From positions 1 through 64,000 of the forward strand of contig JBMNLI010000015.1 in assembly GCA_050952645.1 (NCBI GenBank): DNA of 64,000 nt. The letters are read 5' to 3'. The stretch comes from Bdellovibrionota bacterium. Lineage in GTDB: Bacteria > Bdellovibrionota_C > UBA2361 > CAKMMH01. Both the position numbers and the translations under genes were made by a program. Numbering within the stretch: position 1 is the first letter of the stretch; every line of letters starts with the position of its first letter. Below are positions 61,092-64,000 of this stretch, piece by piece. The notes beneath the pieces are model-generated. The model had not been told where the DNA came from, searched no databases, and worked only from the letters and a program-made list of their open reading frames with translations.

Positions 61092-63725
61092 GTGTCAGAT
61101 AGATTAGAAAAAATAACTAGCGATGAAATTAGAGAGAAGTTTTTACAATATTTTGAGTCGAAAGATCATTTAAGAATAAAAAATTCTTCAATTATACCTA
61201 AAAACGATCCTACACTTCTTTTTATAAATGCAGGTATGGCTCCAATGAAAAAATTTTTTACAGGAGAGGAAAAACCTGAACATCCAAGGCTTTGTAATGT
61301 GCAATCTTGTATACGAACTATAGATTTAGATGATGTAGGCGATAGGTCTCATTTAACAAGCTTTTTAATGCTAGGTAGCTGGTCTATCGGAGATTATTTT
61401 AAAGAAGGAGCTATAAAATTAGCATACGAATTTTTAACTAAACATCTAAATATTCCTAAAGAAAAGCTATACGTAACGGTTTTTAAAGGAAATAAAGAAC
61501 TCGGACTAGATGTCGATAGTGAAGCAAAAAAATATTGGCTTGAGGTAGGCGTGCCTAATGAACATATCGTAGAATGTCCTATGGAAGATAATTTTTGGAT
61601 GGCAGGAGAAACGGGACCTTGTGGCCCATGCACAGAGGTTTTTTACGATACTAGAGATGATGATGTAAATAAATACGTTGTAGGTGGTCATTTTGATACT
61701 AAGACTAGATATCTAGAAATTTGGAACGCTGGAGTATTTATGCAGTACAATAGGAATTTAGATGGAACGTATAGTCCGCTAAAATTTAAAAGCATCGATA
61801 CTGGCGCTGGGCTTGAAAGATTAGCAATGACGCTAAATGGGTTTTCTTCCGTTTATGATACGGATTTATTAAAACCTATAGTCGATAAAGTAAATGAAAT
61901 TTCAGAAAATAAGCTATCTGAAAAAACTGTTAGAATATTAACCGATCATATAAGAACTATATGTTTAATTTTATCTGAAAAATTAGCTCCATCAAATGAA
62001 GGACGTGGATACGTTCCTAGAAAGCTAATAAGAAGATGTATTTTATTAACTACTAAAGAGGGAGTAAAAGATTTTGATTATATCTGTCTTTTAAATTTTG
62101 TAATATCAAAATATAGTAATATTTTTCCTCTATTTAAAGAGAATAAATCGTTTTTGATTTCTCATTTTGAAAAAGAGTATGAGCAATTTAATAAAATTCT
62201 TATTTCGGGATTAGAAAAATTAGATGAGATAAAAGCTAAAGGAAGTAGTATCTCAAAAGAAGATGCGTTCGATTTAGTTACGACCTATGGACTTCCTTTC
62301 GATATTATTGAAGATTACGCTAAGGACAATAGGCTAACGGTAGATAAAGATGGATTTGAAAAAAAACTAGAAGAACATAAAGATATTTCTAAAAAACAAT
62401 CGTTAGCTAGCACTCAAAGCCTTAATATATCTAGTGACGCGTTAGAAAGTTTTAAAGAAACTGAATTTAAAGGTTATGAGGCATTAGAAATTAAATCGAA
62501 TATTGTAGCACTCTTAGACGATGAGAAAATTATAGATGAAATTCTAGATAATAAATTAGATAACAAAGATGATGAAGATAATAATGGTAATAATAATGGT
62601 AATAAATATATTATAATAACTAAAGAAACTCCATTTTATGCCGAAGCTGGGGGGCAAGTAGCAGATAGTGGAATAATATTTACAGACGATGCTAAATTTA
62701 TAGTAAATGATGTTCAAAAAACTAAAAATGGAGTATTTTTACATTTTGTAAGTAAAGAAAAAGGTGGCATAAAAAAAGGCGATGTAGTCACGTTAAGTGT
62801 AAATAAAGAGGTAAGAGTTAAAATTGCTAACGCTCATACCGCTGCGCATTTACTTCATAAGGTGCTAAGAGATATTCTAGGGAATGATGTTCACCAAGCA
62901 GGCTCTAAAGTCGATAGTGAAAGGGTTCGTTTCGATTTTAATTGTGAAGATAAAATTTCTGAAGAAACTCTTTTAGAAATTGAAAGGAAAGTAAATGAGC
63001 TTATAAGAGAGAACCTCGATTGTAGTATCGCTTATAAAACGCTAGAAGAGGCTCAAAAAGAAGGTGCGATAGCATTATTTGAAACTAAGTATGGAAATTT
63101 AGTAAGGGTAGTTTCTTTTGGAAATGTATCGAAAGAACTTTGCTCAGGAACTCACACTAGCAGAACTGGTAATATCGGTTTATTCATTATTTTAAGTGTT
63201 GATGGAATAGGAAAGGGTATAAGAAGAATAAGTGCTATTACGGGAGCCGAGGCTATACAATACGTGCAAAATCATAAAAGACTAATTGGAGATATTTCTA
63301 ATAAGTTAAAAGCTAAGGAATGTACGATATTGCAAAAAATCGATGCTTTAGAGGAAAAAGCAAAGAGTAGTAAAATAAATGCTATTAAAGAAATAGATGT
63401 AAATAGTTTAACGAAAATAGAGAACGCATCTTCTGCTAATCTTTTATTTTTATATCAAGAAAAATTTGAAAAATTATTAAAAGATAAACTTTCGGTGATA
63501 GCCAATAATGAAAAAAGCATTATCGTATATTTAGCTGGTGGCGAGTTAAAGCAAATAATGGTTATATCTTCTAAAGCGACTGAAAAAGATTTTAAAGCAA
63601 ATGAAATATTAAAAAACATTTTATCAAAATTTGGTGGTAAAGGTAATGGAAATTCTTTTTTAGCATCGGGTGGAGGTATACCTGTTAAAGAAGATGAGTT
63701 GATGGAATTTTTAAAAGAAATTTAA
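61092..63725 (+). CDS. alaS: Alanine--tRNA ligase
   Basis: DPTLLFINAGM; GDYFK; GPCGPCTE; IDTGAGLER; HTAAHLL; ELCSGTH. Confidence 0.97.
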   Translation: MSDRLEKITSDEIREKFLQYFESKDHLRIKNSSIIPKNDPTLLFINAGMAPMKKFFTGEEKPEHPRLCNVQSCIRTIDLDDVGDRSHLTSFLMLGSWSIGDYFKEGAIKLAYEFLTKHLNIPKEKLYVTVFKGNKELGLDVDSEAKKYWLEVGVPNEHIVECPMEDNFWMAGETGPCGPCTEVFYDTRDDDVNKYVVGGHFDTKTRYLEIWNAGVFMQYNRNLDGTYSPLKFKSIDTGAGLERLAMTLNGFSSVYDTDLLKPIVDKVNEISENKLSEKTVRILTDHIRTICLILSEKLAPSNEGRGYVPRKLIRRCILLTTKEGVKDFDYICLLNFVISKYSNIFPLFKENKSFLISHFEKEYEQFNKILISGLEKLDEIKAKGSSISKEDAFDLVTTYGLPFDIIEDYAKDNRLTVDKDGFEKKLEEHKDISKKQSLASTQSLNISSDALESFKETEFKGYEALEIKSNIVALLDDEKIIDEILDNKLDNKDDEDNNGNNNGNKYIIITKETPFYAEAGGQVADSGIIFTDDAKFIVNDVQKTKNGVFLHFVSKEKGGIKKGDVVTLSVNKEVRVKIANAHTAAHLLHKVLRDILGNDVHQAGSKVDSERVRFDFNCEDKISEETLLEIERKVNELIRENLDCSIAYKTLEEAQKEGAIALFETKYGNLVRVVSFGNVSKELCSGTHTSRTGNIGLFIILSVDGIGKGIRRISAITGAEAIQYVQNHKRLIGDISNKLKAKECTILQKIDALEEKAKSSKINAIKEIDVNSLTKIENASSANLLFLYQEKFEKLLKDKLSVIANNEKSIIVYLAGGELKQIMVISSKATEKDFKANEILKNILSKFGGKGNGNSFLASGGGIPVKEDELMEFLKEI

Positions 63726-63791
63726 AAAATTTAAAAAATTTAAAGTAGCATATAATATATATTTTAAGAAAATACATTTAGGAGAATATTT

Positions 63792-64000
63792 ATGGCGATT
63801 AAAGTTTTAGTAAATGGTGGAAGTGGTAGAATGGGGCAAGAGGTGATAAAGGCGGTTAGTAAAGATGATGCTCTCTCTTTAGTAGGTTTTGTCGATGTTA
63901 ATGATAATTTAGAGGAAAAAATCAAAGAACTTTCTCCGCAAGTAGTAGTAGATTTTACGGTGCCAAGCGCTGTATATAAAAATTTAATGGTGATTATAAA
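63792..64000 (+). CDS. dapB: 4-hydroxy-tetrahydrodipicolinate reductase, 5' part (runs off the window)
   Basis: MAIKVLVNGGSGRMGQEV..VVVDFTVP; RBS ggag. Confidence 0.88.
   Translation, partial: MAIKVLVNGGSGRMGQEVIKAVSKDDALSLVGFVDVNDNLEEKIKELSPQVVVDFTVPSAVYKNLMVII

Overview
AT-rich bacterial chromosomal segment. Its gene arrangements (F1 atp operon b'-b-delta-alpha-gamma-beta-epsilon without a/c; flgFGAHIJMN) suggest a deltaproteobacteria-like lineage such as Bdellovibrionota/Myxococcota, which is inference only. In order: (1) a highly degenerate non-flagellar type III secretion-like operon (FHA protein, SctJ, SctO/Q/R/S/T-like genes, SctU without its cytoplasmic domain, TPR chaperone); (2) an AlbA_2/HATPase/wHTH gene behind a sigma70 promoter embedded in ten ~11-bp-period repeats; (3) hypothetical genes and a truncated glmU; (4) a flagellar rod/ring operon, with a second flgM-like gene nearby; (5) sulfatase plus its maturase, tadA, rlmH and the atp operon; (6) two giant tandem Cys-rich secreted repeat proteins; (7) gcvH; (8) an accessory island with an SSS transporter, a Nudix hydrolase and a frameshifted dikinase-nucleotidyltransferase fusion, followed by three IS remnants and tRNA-Val; (9) DnaJ-domain, M23, duplicated inositol-monophosphatase-like genes, an HldC-GmhB fusion, fabD and a Nudix gene; (10) a complete group IIC intron; (11) alaS and the start of dapB. 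A MITE-like inverted-repeat element occurs 5-6 times, and 12-bp micro-duplications are frequent. All calls come from reading motifs by eye; no database searches were run.
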